From Candidatus Staskawiczbacteria bacterium (lineage in GTDB: Bacteria > Patescibacteriota > Minisyncoccia > Minisyncoccales > Staskawiczbacteraceae), in NCBI GenBank assembly GCA_026395215.1, contig JAPLZC010000005.1:8392-72391 (forward strand): a DNA stretch of 64,000 bases, given 5' to 3'. The position numbers and the translations under genes are program-made. Positions 18,087 to 26,460 of this stretch are shown here, piece after piece. Below the pieces are notes generated by a model. It made no database searches. It was not told where the DNA came from and saw only the letters and a list, made by a program, of their open reading frames with translations. How positions within the stretch are numbered: the stretch's first letter is position 1; each line of letters opens with the position of its first letter.

Positions 18087-19121
18087 ATGAACCATTCTAC
18101 TAAAACAAAAATTATAGCAACAATTGGGCCATCGTCAGAAAGTGAACAAATTTTAGAAAAACTAATATCTCTCGGTATTGGTTGCGTACGTCTTAATTTT
18201 TCTCATGGAAGCCACAACAAACATGGAGAAGTTATAAGATTAGTAAAAAAGATAGAAAAGAAATTAAACAAGCAAGTTTACATAATTGCCGACATACAGG
18301 GGCCAAAAATAAGAATAGGAAATTTACCAGATGAAGGATTTGAATTGAAAAATGGCCAAGAAATTTCTATAGACACCGGTACAAGAGAATTTTATGAAAA
18401 TAAAATTCCCCTTCCCTCTTTATTATTCAGAGATGGGACAAAAGAAGGGCATATTGTTTTCCTTGACGATGGAATTATACAAATTAAAATAATTAGCAAA
18501 TATGCTGGAATCTTTAAAGCCATAGTCTTAAAGGGTGGCATATTGTTCTCTAAAAAAGGTGTTAATGTGCCCTCACTAGAAATTAGCTCATCAATAATAA
18601 ATGCTAAAGACAAAGCCGATATAGAGTTTGCTGTAAAAGCCAAAGCTGATTACATTGCTTTATCTTTTTTAAGGAACGCAGAAGATGTAAAAGAAGCAAG
18701 AAGATTTTTGGGTAAATCAAAAATAAAAATAATTGCCAAAATAGAAAGACATGAGGCTTTGATAAACTTAGAAGAAATAACCGCAGAAGCTGATGCGGTT
18801 ATGATAGCCAGAGGTGACTTGGGAATTGAAACTCCGCTTTGGGAACTTCCAATAAGGCAAAAAGAAATAATTGAGCATGTGAAGAACAAATCAAAACCCG
18901 TTATTGTGGCAACACAAATGTTAGACTCCATGATTAGAAACCCAATTCCTACAAGAGCCGAGGTTTCCGATGTCGCAAACGCGGTGTTTGAAGAAGCCAA
19001 CTATGTTATGCTTTCCGGTGAAACAGCTCTTGGGAAATATCCCGTAGAGGCAGTAGAGATGATGGCTAAAATTATAGAGGCGACAGAAAAACCAGTTTGT
19101 ACTATCCGCGCCCATATCTAA
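18087..19121 (+). CDS. pyk: Pyruvate kinase, short form lacking the C-terminal regulatory domain
   Basis: TKIIATIGPSS, VRLNFSHG, DIQGPKIR, MIARGDLGIE and MLSGETA. Confidence 0.9.
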   Translation: MNHSTKTKIIATIGPSSESEQILEKLISLGIGCVRLNFSHGSHNKHGEVIRLVKKIEKKLNKQVYIIADIQGPKIRIGNLPDEGFELKNGQEISIDTGTREFYENKIPLPSLLFRDGTKEGHIVFLDDGIIQIKIISKYAGIFKAIVLKGGILFSKKGVNVPSLEISSSIINAKDKADIEFAVKAKADYIALSFLRNAEDVKEARRFLGKSKIKIIAKIERHEALINLEEITAEADAVMIARGDLGIETPLWELPIRQKEIIEHVKNKSKPVIVATQMLDSMIRNPIPTRAEVSDVANAVFEEANYVMLSGETALGKYPVEAVEMMAKIIEATEKPVCTIRAHI

Positions 19122-19209
19122 AACTGTCTTTTTATCTATCTTGCTCTTTATCTTGATTTAGATAAATATTTGCCGTACAATAAATCTACAATTATTTAAC
19201 ATAAAAAAT

Positions 19210-19758
19210 ATGCACAAATATTTAGATTTATACGACTTTATAGATTTTGCAAAAGGCAATAGAAAGTACCCGGAGAATACGGCAAATGGCTTAAAATCTG
19301 CTTTAAAAATTTTTGAAAAAGTTCTTAATTTAGACGAACTTAACTCTATAGATTTGGTTGAAGACAACATAGAAGAGATATTTATAAACGTTGTTGGCAA
19401 AAACAAAGACAAAAATATTGGCTCGCTAAACACTTATAAGGCCCGTGTACTTAAGGTAATAAAAGATTACCAAAGATATGGCGCTAACCCAAGCAAAATA
19501 CAGGGCTGGAGCATCCCCCTTCGGGGGATGTCCCGTAGGGACACAAAACCCAATAAATTTATAAGAAAAGATACACCAGATAAAGAACAAGATAAAACCC
19601 AGACAGCCTTATCTGACCATATTAACACCCCTGTGCATAAGATTGAGCTCTCGCTAAGAGACAACATGAAGTCTATGGTAGTTGTTCCCAAAGACATTAC
19701 TGCCAAAGAAATTAAAATGTTCAAAGACATCCTTGATTCTCTGTCCGTTGAGGAGTAA
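19210..19758 (+). CDS. Hypothetical protein with in-frame twin-hairpin insertion
   Basis: 182 aa with no recognisable family. Codons for ..IPLRGMSRRDT.. are supplied by the GC-rich motif at 19513-19544. Confidence 0.5.
   Translation: MHKYLDLYDFIDFAKGNRKYPENTANGLKSALKIFEKVLNLDELNSIDLVEDNIEEIFINVVGKNKDKNIGSLNTYKARVLKVIKDYQRYGANPSKIQGWSIPLRGMSRRDTKPNKFIRKDTPDKEQDKTQTALSDHINTPVHKIELSLRDNMKSMVVVPKDITAKEIKMFKDILDSLSVEE
19513..19544 (+). repeat. Twin-hairpin GC-rich motif, copy 1
   Basis: ATCCCCCTTCGGGGGAT followed by GTCCCGTAGGGAC. A near-identical inverted copy lies at 62744-62777. Confidence 0.7.
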
Positions 19759-19783
19759 AATGATATTATAATAAAAAATAAAC

Positions 19784-20515
19784 ATGCCAATAGCTATATT
19801 TTTATCAATTGCAGCTTTTCTCGCCACCATCTTGGGGGGATATTTTGCCCTAAAATTCAAAGATAAACTCCACTACATAATGGCTCTCGCAGCGGGGGTG
19901 TTGCTTGGGATAGTCGCTTTTGATATCTTTCCAGAGATAATCGAACAAGTCAAAATTTATAATTTTGATACCACGGCAATTATGGTAGCCCTGGTCTTTG
20001 GGTTTTTAATATTCCACATATTAGAAAAGAGCATCTTAATACAACACTGCCATGAAGCAGATTGCTCCCTGCACCACAAACATCCACACATTGGGGTTGC
20101 TTCAGCTTCGGCTTTAATCGGACACATTTTTTTAGATGGTGTAAGTATAGGTCTTGCCTTTCAAATAAGTAACTCTATTGGAATGCTGGTTGCTATGGCA
20201 GTAATTTCTCACGACTTTACAGACGGCATGAACATAGTCGCCTTAATGATTAGCAACAAAAACTCTGTAAAAAAATCTGCATTATTTTTGGTATTAGGTG
20301 CGGTTGCCCCAGTATTAGGAGCTGCCTCAACATTGTTATTCCAAATACCTCCCTACTTTCTAACTTTGTATCTTGGTTTTTTTGCAGGATTTTTACTCTA
20401 CATTGGAGCCTCAGACATTTTACCAGAAGCCCATTCAGAAAAAAGCTCATATAAACTCATTGGCCTCACCATCCTGGGCACCCTTTTCATCTTTTCTATC
20501 ACTAACCTTATTTAA
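19784..20515 (+). CDS. ZIP-family divalent metal transporter
   Basis: 243 aa, multi-TM, His-rich loop HCHEADCSLHHKHPH, and HDFTDG / GASDILPE motifs. Confidence 0.8.
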   Translation: MPIAIFLSIAAFLATILGGYFALKFKDKLHYIMALAAGVLLGIVAFDIFPEIIEQVKIYNFDTTAIMVALVFGFLIFHILEKSILIQHCHEADCSLHHKHPHIGVASASALIGHIFLDGVSIGLAFQISNSIGMLVAMAVISHDFTDGMNIVALMISNKNSVKKSALFLVLGAVAPVLGAASTLLFQIPPYFLTLYLGFFAGFLLYIGASDILPEAHSEKSSYKLIGLTILGTLFIFSITNLI

Positions 20516-20520
20516 AACAC

Positions 20521-20901
20521 ATGATAGATAATATAAGCTTATTGGGAGCTATTTTTATTTTAATTACTCTAGCAGGTTTTTATTTGGCTTATTTATATGG
20601 TCGAAAAACCAAAAAATTTCGCTGGAGTGAATACGTTGCCATTGTGATTTGGCCGATTTTAGCTATTATAGTTCTCTCAATTATTGTAGATATTAAAATA
20701 TTTTCTCTCTTTATTATCAGTTGCGCAGTCGGTTTCATTCTGGAATATATAGTTGGTCTTGCTTATCATAAAACCTTAAACAAACGATTATGGGAGTACA
20801 AGCGCCTCAGCGTTAACGGATATACCAGCCTGTTGACCATTCCCATTTGGGGCGTTGCCGGTTGTGTATTTTGGTTTATTGGGAAAATGGTCGGCCTATA
20901 A
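20521..20901 (+). CDS. Small integral membrane protein (possibly DUF1113 / ABC-transporter type IV-like)
   Basis: 126 aa with 4 hydrophobic segments. The family call is tentative. Confidence 0.4.
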   Translation: MIDNISLLGAIFILITLAGFYLAYLYGRKTKKFRWSEYVAIVIWPILAIIVLSIIVDIKIFSLFIISCAVGFILEYIVGLAYHKTLNKRLWEYKRLSVNGYTSLLTIPIWGVAGCVFWFIGKMVGL

Positions 20902-20913
20902 AACGAATAAAAT

Positions 20914-21525
20914 ATGATTTTTCTCGATATAGTTGGCATATTTATTTTGGGCTTAGCTGGAGGCGCAAACCCTGGTCCATTAATTGCATCAGCTTTTGCT
21001 GAATCTTTAAGGAATGGCTTTGTAAAAAGTCTTCGTATCATTTTTTATGGATTAGTCGCTGAAACTATTGTAGCGGCTTTTATTTTGTTTTTATTTTTCT
21101 CTATAAATATCCCTACAATAGTTTTTTACATAATTTCTTTTGTTGGGGCTACTGTTTTAATCTGGCTTGCTGTCCAGGTTTGGAAGATCAAAGAAATCGG
21201 TGAGGGAAAAGAAATTTTCACTTTTAAAAAAATATTCTTGCTTACAGTATTCAACGGCCCATTCTGGATTTTTTGGATAGCGGTCTGCCTGCCCCAAGCA
21301 TATTTACTAAAAGAACAAATCCCTGCAGGAAACTTTATGTTTTTGTTGATATTCGAACTAGGTTGGTTGGTTGCAACAATGTTGTTAGTCTATATATTCT
21401 CACGCTTCCGCGGATTGCTGACGAATACAAATCGCTTCCAGATGGTCATGAAAATAATCGCCGTTATACTTTTATTTTTCGCCGCCAAACTAATTTTCCA
21501 AAGCATAATGTTTCTAATATCTTAA
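20914..21525 (+). CDS. LysE-family amino-acid exporter-like membrane protein
   Basis: 203 aa, 5-6 TM, N-terminal GANPGP motif. Terminator AAAAACCG..CGGGACGGTTTTTT at 21528-21561. Confidence 0.65.
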   Translation: MIFLDIVGIFILGLAGGANPGPLIASAFAESLRNGFVKSLRIIFYGLVAETIVAAFILFLFFSINIPTIVFYIISFVGATVLIWLAVQVWKIKEIGEGKEIFTFKKIFLLTVFNGPFWIFWIAVCLPQAYLLKEQIPAGNFMFLLIFELGWLVATMLLVYIFSRFRGLLTNTNRFQMVMKIIAVILLFFAAKLIFQSIMFLIS

Positions 21526-21565
21526 CTAAAAACCGTCCACGAGAAATCGGGACGGTTTTTTAGTA

Positions 21566-21730
21566 GAGCGAGGCGGTAAGTTTCCAGCGAGGAAATAGAT
21601 TTTAAAGGCACCTTCGGAGCCCTGCCAGCATGGTTTCCGCAACAGCGGAATGGCAGGGCGAGAATGAGGCGCGTCCCGCCGCTGGGCGGGATGACGCCGG
21701 TGCCGACTAAAATTTATTTCCGAGCGAGCG
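21566..21730 (+). repeat. GA-hairpin repeat element, copy E4
   Basis: AGCGAGGAAATAGATTTT...AAAATTTATTTCCGAGCG outer stem, GGCACC/GGTGCC, CCTGCCA..TGGCAGG, TTCCGC-AACA-GCGGAA, TCCCGCC-GCTG-GGCGGGA. About 93 percent identical by eye to 54773-54953. Confidence 0.75.
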
Positions 21731-23266
21731 TTATCGGGCGTACTCAATCACTCTATTCTCTCTAATAACTACTACTTTAATTTCGCCTGGGTATTTTAGT
21801 TCTTCTTCAATTTCTGCGGCAATTGCTTTGGCAATTTTGGCAGCCTGTAAATCATCTACTCTATCAGATTTTACAAACACTCTTATTTCTCTACCTGCCT
21901 GAATGGCATAAGTTTTTTCAACGCCTTCAAATTTATTAGCAATATCTTCCAAGTCCTTCAATCTTTGTAGATAGTTTTCCATTGTATCTTTTCTAGCACC
22001 TGGGCGAGAGCTTGAAATTGCGTCAGCAACAGTAACAATAGACGCCTCCAAACTTTCTGCAGGATAATCTCCATGGTGAGACCGCATTGCTTTTATTATA
22101 GCTTCACTCTCTCCAAATTTCTCCAAAATCTTAATACCAATCTCAATGTGAGATCCTTGAATTTGTTGGTCAATTGCTTTTCCAATATCGTGCAAAAGCC
22201 CTGCTCTCTTTGCAATTTGAGTATTAACTCCCAATTCTGCTGCAATTGCTTCAGATATTAAAGCCACTTCCATTGAGTGCAATAAAACATTTTGGCCATA
22301 AGACGTTCTGTAAAACAATCTGCCCAAAATTTGAACCAATTTTTCATTTAGCCCAATAACTCCAACATCAAAAGTTGCTTTGTCTCCTGCTTCTTTTATT
22401 TTTACAGATATTTCTGCTTTGGCTTCCTCAACTTTCTCTTCAATTTTGGCTGGCTGAATTCTGCCGTCCTGAATTAATTTATCCAAGGCAACCTTAGCAA
22501 TTTGCCTTCTAATTGGGTTAAAACAAGAAATAACAACCGAGTCTGGAGTTTCATCTACAATAAGCTCAACACCAGTCAATTTCTCAAAGGTTCTTATGTT
22601 TCTGCCCTCTTTACCAATAATACGTCCCTTTAGCTCTTCATTGGCCAAAATAACGCTGGTAGTGGTCAACTCTTGCGTTTGTGGAACGGCACATTTCTGA
22701 ATTGCCAAAGCCACAATTTCTTTTGCCCTAAGTTGTAATTTATCTTGATTACCTTCTTCCAACTTCTTCATTCTTTCTAATATTTCTTTTTCTTTTTCTA
22801 CTTCAACCAAGGCCAACAATTCCTTTTTGGCATCTTCACGTGAAAGTGAAGCAACTTTTTCTAATTTACCTTCAGCCTCAAGCCTTAATTGCTCTAAGTT
22901 TTCTTTTAAAACCTTAAGTTTTTCTACCTTGTCTGTCACTTCCTTTTCTTTTTCCTCAAAAGAAGCAATTCTATCACTAAGCAATTTTTCTCTGCCCAAC
23001 AAAAGCTCTTGAGCTTTTACAAACTCTTTTCTTCTTTCATCTATATCCTTCTGAGTCCGCTCCAAAAGCTCAGAAGACTTTTTCTCCGCATTTTTTACTA
23101 AGTTTGATGTTTCTTCTTTTACATCAATAACTCTTTTTTGAAGCTTTGCTTCAAGCGACCCTGCCCTCTTTTTGGCTAAATTTTGCCGGATGTAATATCC
23201 AATAGCTATTCCCAAACCCAAAACAACCACCAAAATCACAATAAATATTATTATAGCTTGATCCAT
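21731..23266 (-). CDS. rny: Ribonuclease Y
   Basis: N-terminal TM, long coiled coil, KH domain (IIGKEGRNIRTFE) and HD domain (LLHDIGKA). 511 aa. Confidence 0.95.
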   Translation of the reverse strand: MDQAIIIFIVILVVVLGLGIAIGYYIRQNLAKKRAGSLEAKLQKRVIDVKEETSNLVKNAEKKSSELLERTQKDIDERRKEFVKAQELLLGREKLLSDRIASFEEKEKEVTDKVEKLKVLKENLEQLRLEAEGKLEKVASLSREDAKKELLALVEVEKEKEILERMKKLEEGNQDKLQLRAKEIVALAIQKCAVPQTQELTTTSVILANEELKGRIIGKEGRNIRTFEKLTGVELIVDETPDSVVISCFNPIRRQIAKVALDKLIQDGRIQPAKIEEKVEEAKAEISVKIKEAGDKATFDVGVIGLNEKLVQILGRLFYRTSYGQNVLLHSMEVALISEAIAAELGVNTQIAKRAGLLHDIGKAIDQQIQGSHIEIGIKILEKFGESEAIIKAMRSHHGDYPAESLEASIVTVADAISSSRPGARKDTMENYLQRLKDLEDIANKFEGVEKTYAIQAGREIRVFVKSDRVDDLQAAKIAKAIAAEIEEELKYPGEIKVVVIRENRVIEYAR

Positions 23267-23278
23267 TTGTTTATTTTT

Positions 23279-23444
23279 AAGCGAGGCAATTAACTGTAGT
23301 GAGGCAGTAAGTTTCCAGAGCGAGGCAATAAACTTTTTGTAGGCCCAGGTCGACTTGCCCGAAGAGGCAAAGCGAGTTCCTGCTTGCCGAAAAAAGTTTG
23401 TTGCCGAGCGGCGATTACTGCCGAACGAAATTTGTTGCCAAGCG
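23279..23444 (+). repeat. GA-hairpin repeat element, copy E5, three nested layers
   Basis: Successive left arms are AAGCGAGGCAATTAACT, GTGAGGCAGTAAGTTTCC and AGCGAGGCAATAAACTTTTT. They are matched in reverse order by AAAAAGTTTGTTGCCGAGCG, GATTACTGCCGAACG and TTTGTTGCCAAGCG. Confidence 0.65.
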
Positions 23445-23469
23445 ATTATTTATTAAAACAACTCACTTA

Positions 23470-23530
23470 CTCAGTGAGCTTGCATAAGATATATTCGTAA
23501 ATTCGTAAGAGATTCGTTATTCGCTGATAC
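23470..23530. repeat. ATTCGTAA oligomer cluster upstream of rny
   Basis: ATTCGTAAATTCGTAAGAGATTCGTTATTCGC. Confidence 0.45.
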
Positions 23531-23533
23531 TGG

Positions 23534-24115
23534 TTATTTGCCGCCTATTACTTCGTCAATAAGGCCGTACTTTAGGGCCTCTTCGGCGGTCAAATAAAAA
23601 TCTCGGTCAGTGTCGCTTGTTACCTTAGCCATGGCCTGTCCTGTATGAGAAGCTATAATTTTGTTTAACTTCTCTTTCATGTGCAAAATCTGCTTGGCAG
23701 TAATTTCAATATCTGCTGCCTGACCTTGCATGCCTCCTGCAACTTGGTGAAGCAATATTTCAGCATTAGGCAAGGCAAATCTCTTGCCTTTAGCTCCCGC
23801 TGCCAAAATAACTGCAGCCATACTGGCTGTAAGGCCTATACAAATGGTTGACACCGGACATTTTAAATACTGCATTGTGTCGTATATGGCTAACCCCGCT
23901 GTAACCGAACCTCCTGGGCTGTTTATATAAAGCTTTATATCTCTTTTTGAGTCCTTAGATGCTAAATAAAGCATCTGGGCAATAACCACGTTTGCATTCA
24001 TGTCTGTTACTGGCCCAGCCAAAAAAATTATACGCTCTTCTAAAAGCCTTGAAAATATATCGTATGCGCGCTCACCGCGCTGTGTTCTTTCTACAATAGT
24101 TGGTACTATTGGCAT
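23534..24115 (-). CDS. clpP: ATP-dependent Clp protease proteolytic subunit
   Basis: [37 protein letters not shown] (Ser) and LLHQ (His). Confidence 0.95.
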   Translation of the reverse strand: MPIVPTIVERTQRGERAYDIFSRLLEERIIFLAGPVTDMNANVVIAQMLYLASKDSKRDIKLYINSPGGSVTAGLAIYDTMQYLKCPVSTICIGLTASMAAVILAAGAKGKRFALPNAEILLHQVAGGMQGQAADIEITAKQILHMKEKLNKIIASHTGQAMAKVTSDTDRDFYLTAEEALKYGLIDEVIGGK

Positions 24116-24125
24116 TTGAATTTAT

Positions 24126-24183
24126 GAGCAAAGCGAACTAAATTCATCCTGAGCCCTTCGTGGGCGAAGGATATACCTTGCTC
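24126..24183 (+). repeat. Small GA-hairpin element, copy E6
   Basis: GAGCAAAG..CCTTGCTC outer stem. The inner stem ATCCT-GAG-CCC-TTCGT-GGG-CGA-AGGAT has tandem G.A mismatches. Confidence 0.6.
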
Positions 24184-24206
24184 TCATCTATTGTTAATTT
24201 TTTAAT

Positions 24207-24413
24207 TTATTTTTCTACATTTTCACCCCTGAGGACACCCATGTCACCTTGAAAAACTTTCAAATCTGCTCTTGTTTGATTCAGCTCCCTTTCAAGTGCC
24301 TCAATTTTTCTTTTTAAATAATCTTCTTGATCTACATCTGTCTCAAAAGTTCTAGGTTCCCGCGAGAACCAATCTTCTGCTTGACCTGGGCCTTTTTCTG
24401 CTCTGTTTGCCAT
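24207..24413 (-). CDS. Small acidic coiled-coil protein, unknown function
   Basis: 68-aa ORF between hicA and clpP. Confidence 0.4.
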   Translation of the reverse strand: MANRAEKGPGQAEDWFSREPRTFETDVDQEDYLKRKIEALERELNQTRADLKVFQGDMGVLRGENVEK

Positions 24414-24438
24414 GATTTTAAAATTTAATGATTAATTT

Positions 24439-24669
24439 TTATTTTAGTAATTTTATGAATTCTTCTACGGTTAGCCCAGCTTGGTCTATGATTGATTTTA
24501 ATGTCTTTGGGCTCAAATCCTTCCTATGAAATGGAATTGTTACTCTCTTAGTTTTGTCTGAAACGTGTCGCAATTGGATATGACTACCGGAACAATGATA
24601 TTCAAAATAGCCTGCTCTTTTCAATGCTTTTATAGCTAATACAGAAGGTATTCTGGGGAGTTTTGGCAC
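24439..24669 (-). CDS. hicA: HicA-family mRNA interferase toxin
   Basis: 76 aa with ..AIKALKRAGYFEYHCSGSHIQLRH..VTIPFHRKDLSPKTLKSIIDQAGL.., the YcfA/HicA pattern. Confidence 0.85.
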   Translation of the reverse strand: MPKLPRIPSVLAIKALKRAGYFEYHCSGSHIQLRHVSDKTKRVTIPFHRKDLSPKTLKSIIDQAGLTVEEFIKLLK

Positions 24670-24673
24670 AAAA

Positions 24674-24901
24674 TTAAATTGCTACTTTTAATTTTTCTAT
24701 AGTGCATTTGCTGACCGACTTTTCTTTTAGCAAGGCTTCAATATAACAGCGGATAGCATCTTTTGCCATTTCTTTTGCTTCTTTTAAGTTATTTCCTTCG
24801 GTAACTAAACCGGGAAGTTTTGGAACTGTAACAGTATATCCCTGACCGTTTGGGTCAAAAACAGCCTCAAAATCATAAATTGTATCTTTTATTTTTGCCA
24901 T
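24674..24901 (-). CDS. hicB: HicB-family antitoxin
   Basis: 75 aa with ..GYTVTVPKLPGLVTEGNNLKEAKEMAKDAIRCYIEAL... Lies 4 nt upstream of hicA. Confidence 0.8.
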   Translation of the reverse strand: MAKIKDTIYDFEAVFDPNGQGYTVTVPKLPGLVTEGNNLKEAKEMAKDAIRCYIEALLKEKSVSKCTIEKLKVAI

Positions 24902-24905
24902 ATTT

Positions 24906-26177
24906 TTATTGTGATAATTTCTCCAAAATTTGGAAGATTTTCTCGTTGTGAACTACACCCTTAGTATACTCTCGAAATTGATTAATGTCAATTTCGCCCT
25001 GAGCGGAGTCGAAGGGTTTACCCTTTAACGCTTTTGTCACTTCTGCTTCAACCTCCTCATCAGAAACTTCTATCTTTTCTAATTTGCCCAATTCTCTAAG
25101 TACCAAGAACCCTTTCAGCCTCTTTTCGGCCTCTTTTCTGTAGGTTTCCTTTATTTCTGCCTCTGTTTTCTTCACCGAAGCCAGATATTCCTCAAAACTA
25201 ATTCCGGCAGTTTGCTTAATTTTGTTCTGCAGATCTTCCATTAACCTTTCTTGCTCATATTCTACCATTGCCTCGGGCATCTCAAATTTTGCTTTCTCAG
25301 CAATTTTCTGTAAAATTTCTCCGCGCACCTTCTGCTTTTCGGCTTCTTTTTTCTCGGCTGTCATCCCCTCTTTCATACCCTTCTTCAAAGACACCAAACC
25401 GTCAAAAGCTCCCAGTTGTTTTGCAAACTCATCATTTATTTCCGGCAACTCCATTTTCTGCACAGAAATCATTTTAATTTTGAAAACACTTTCTTTTCCG
25501 GCCAAATCCTTTCTTGGCAAATCCGCTGGAAATGTAACAGTAATTTCTTTTTCCTCGCCAGCCTTCATTTTTATAATGCCGTCTTCAAAACCTTTCATAA
25601 ATCCGGCCTCACCCAAAATAAACCGGTCATCTATCTCTTTTTCATTTTCTATATCCTTGCTTGAATATTTTATCTCTACAAAATCCCCCTTCTCTGCAAC
25701 ATCATTTTTCAAAGTCATTTTTGCGCGAGACTTTTGCAAATAATTCAAAGTATCCTGAACCTCTTCTTCAGTCACCTCAACATCTTTGCCCTTCACGGCC
25801 TTTGCAATCTCCTTATAATCTGGCAACTCAACTTCCGGTAATACTGTAATAACTGCCGTAAAAGCAAACTCGCCCCCTTGAGATACCTTCAAAATCTTTA
25901 CCTCCGGGTTTCCAACCGGTTCTAATTTAGATTCTTTTATGTAATCTACATAAGTGTGCTGAACTGCATGGTCACCAGCCTCCATTAACAAAGCTTCCGG
26001 TTTTATTTTATCCTCCACCATTGAGGCAGGCGCCTTTCCGGGTCTGAAACCATCCACCTTAACGTGATGTTTCATATGTTCTAAAGCATGTTTGGTATGC
26101 TCTTTAAACTCCTCCTCCGTCAACTCAAACGTTATTTCTAGCTGACTCTTGGGTAACTTTTTAATCTCTGTTTTCAC
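24906..26177 (-). CDS. tig: Trigger factor
   Basis: N-terminal ribosome-binding region VDGFRPGKAP, FKBP-like middle and C-terminal arms. GTG start. In-frame GC-rich insert at 24997-25016. Confidence 0.9.
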   Translation of the reverse strand: MKTEIKKLPKSQLEITFELTEEEFKEHTKHALEHMKHHVKVDGFRPGKAPASMVEDKIKPEALLMEAGDHAVQHTYVDYIKESKLEPVGNPEVKILKVSQGGEFAFTAVITVLPEVELPDYKEIAKAVKGKDVEVTEEEVQDTLNYLQKSRAKMTLKNDVAEKGDFVEIKYSSKDIENEKEIDDRFILGEAGFMKGFEDGIIKMKAGEEKEITVTFPADLPRKDLAGKESVFKIKMISVQKMELPEINDEFAKQLGAFDGLVSLKKGMKEGMTAEKKEAEKQKVRGEILQKIAEKAKFEMPEAMVEYEQERLMEDLQNKIKQTAGISFEEYLASVKKTEAEIKETYRKEAEKRLKGFLVLRELGKLEKIEVSDEEVEAEVTKALKGKPFDSAQGEIDINQFREYTKGVVHNEKIFQILEKLSQ

Positions 26178-26185
26178 TGTTTTGT

Positions 26186-26331
26186 AAGCGAGGCGATAGA
26201 TTAATAGCGAGGTAGTAAGTTTTCAGCGTATTTCAGGACACAAAGTGCCTGACCTAGTGAGTTTTCCCGCGAAGCGGGACAACGAACGTTAGCAGAAAAC
26301 TTACTGCCGAGCGATATCTGATTGCCGAGCG
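26186..26331 (+). repeat. GA-hairpin repeat element, copy E7, two nested layers
   Basis: Outer stem AAGCGAGGCGATAGAT / ATCTGATTGCCGAGCG. Inner stem AGCGAGGTAGTAAGTTTTC / GAAAACTTACTGCCGAGCG. Core contains TCCCGC-GAA-GCGGGA. Confidence 0.7.
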
Positions 26332-26460
26332 TTAAATTACTATAAATATTATTTATAATTATATAATTTACCATTTTTTTTCTAATAAATCAAGTAAAAA
26401 AAATCACCCGCAAGCTCAAAGCTTTTGGGTGTTATAGAAAAAACGAATTGCTCTTTGCGG

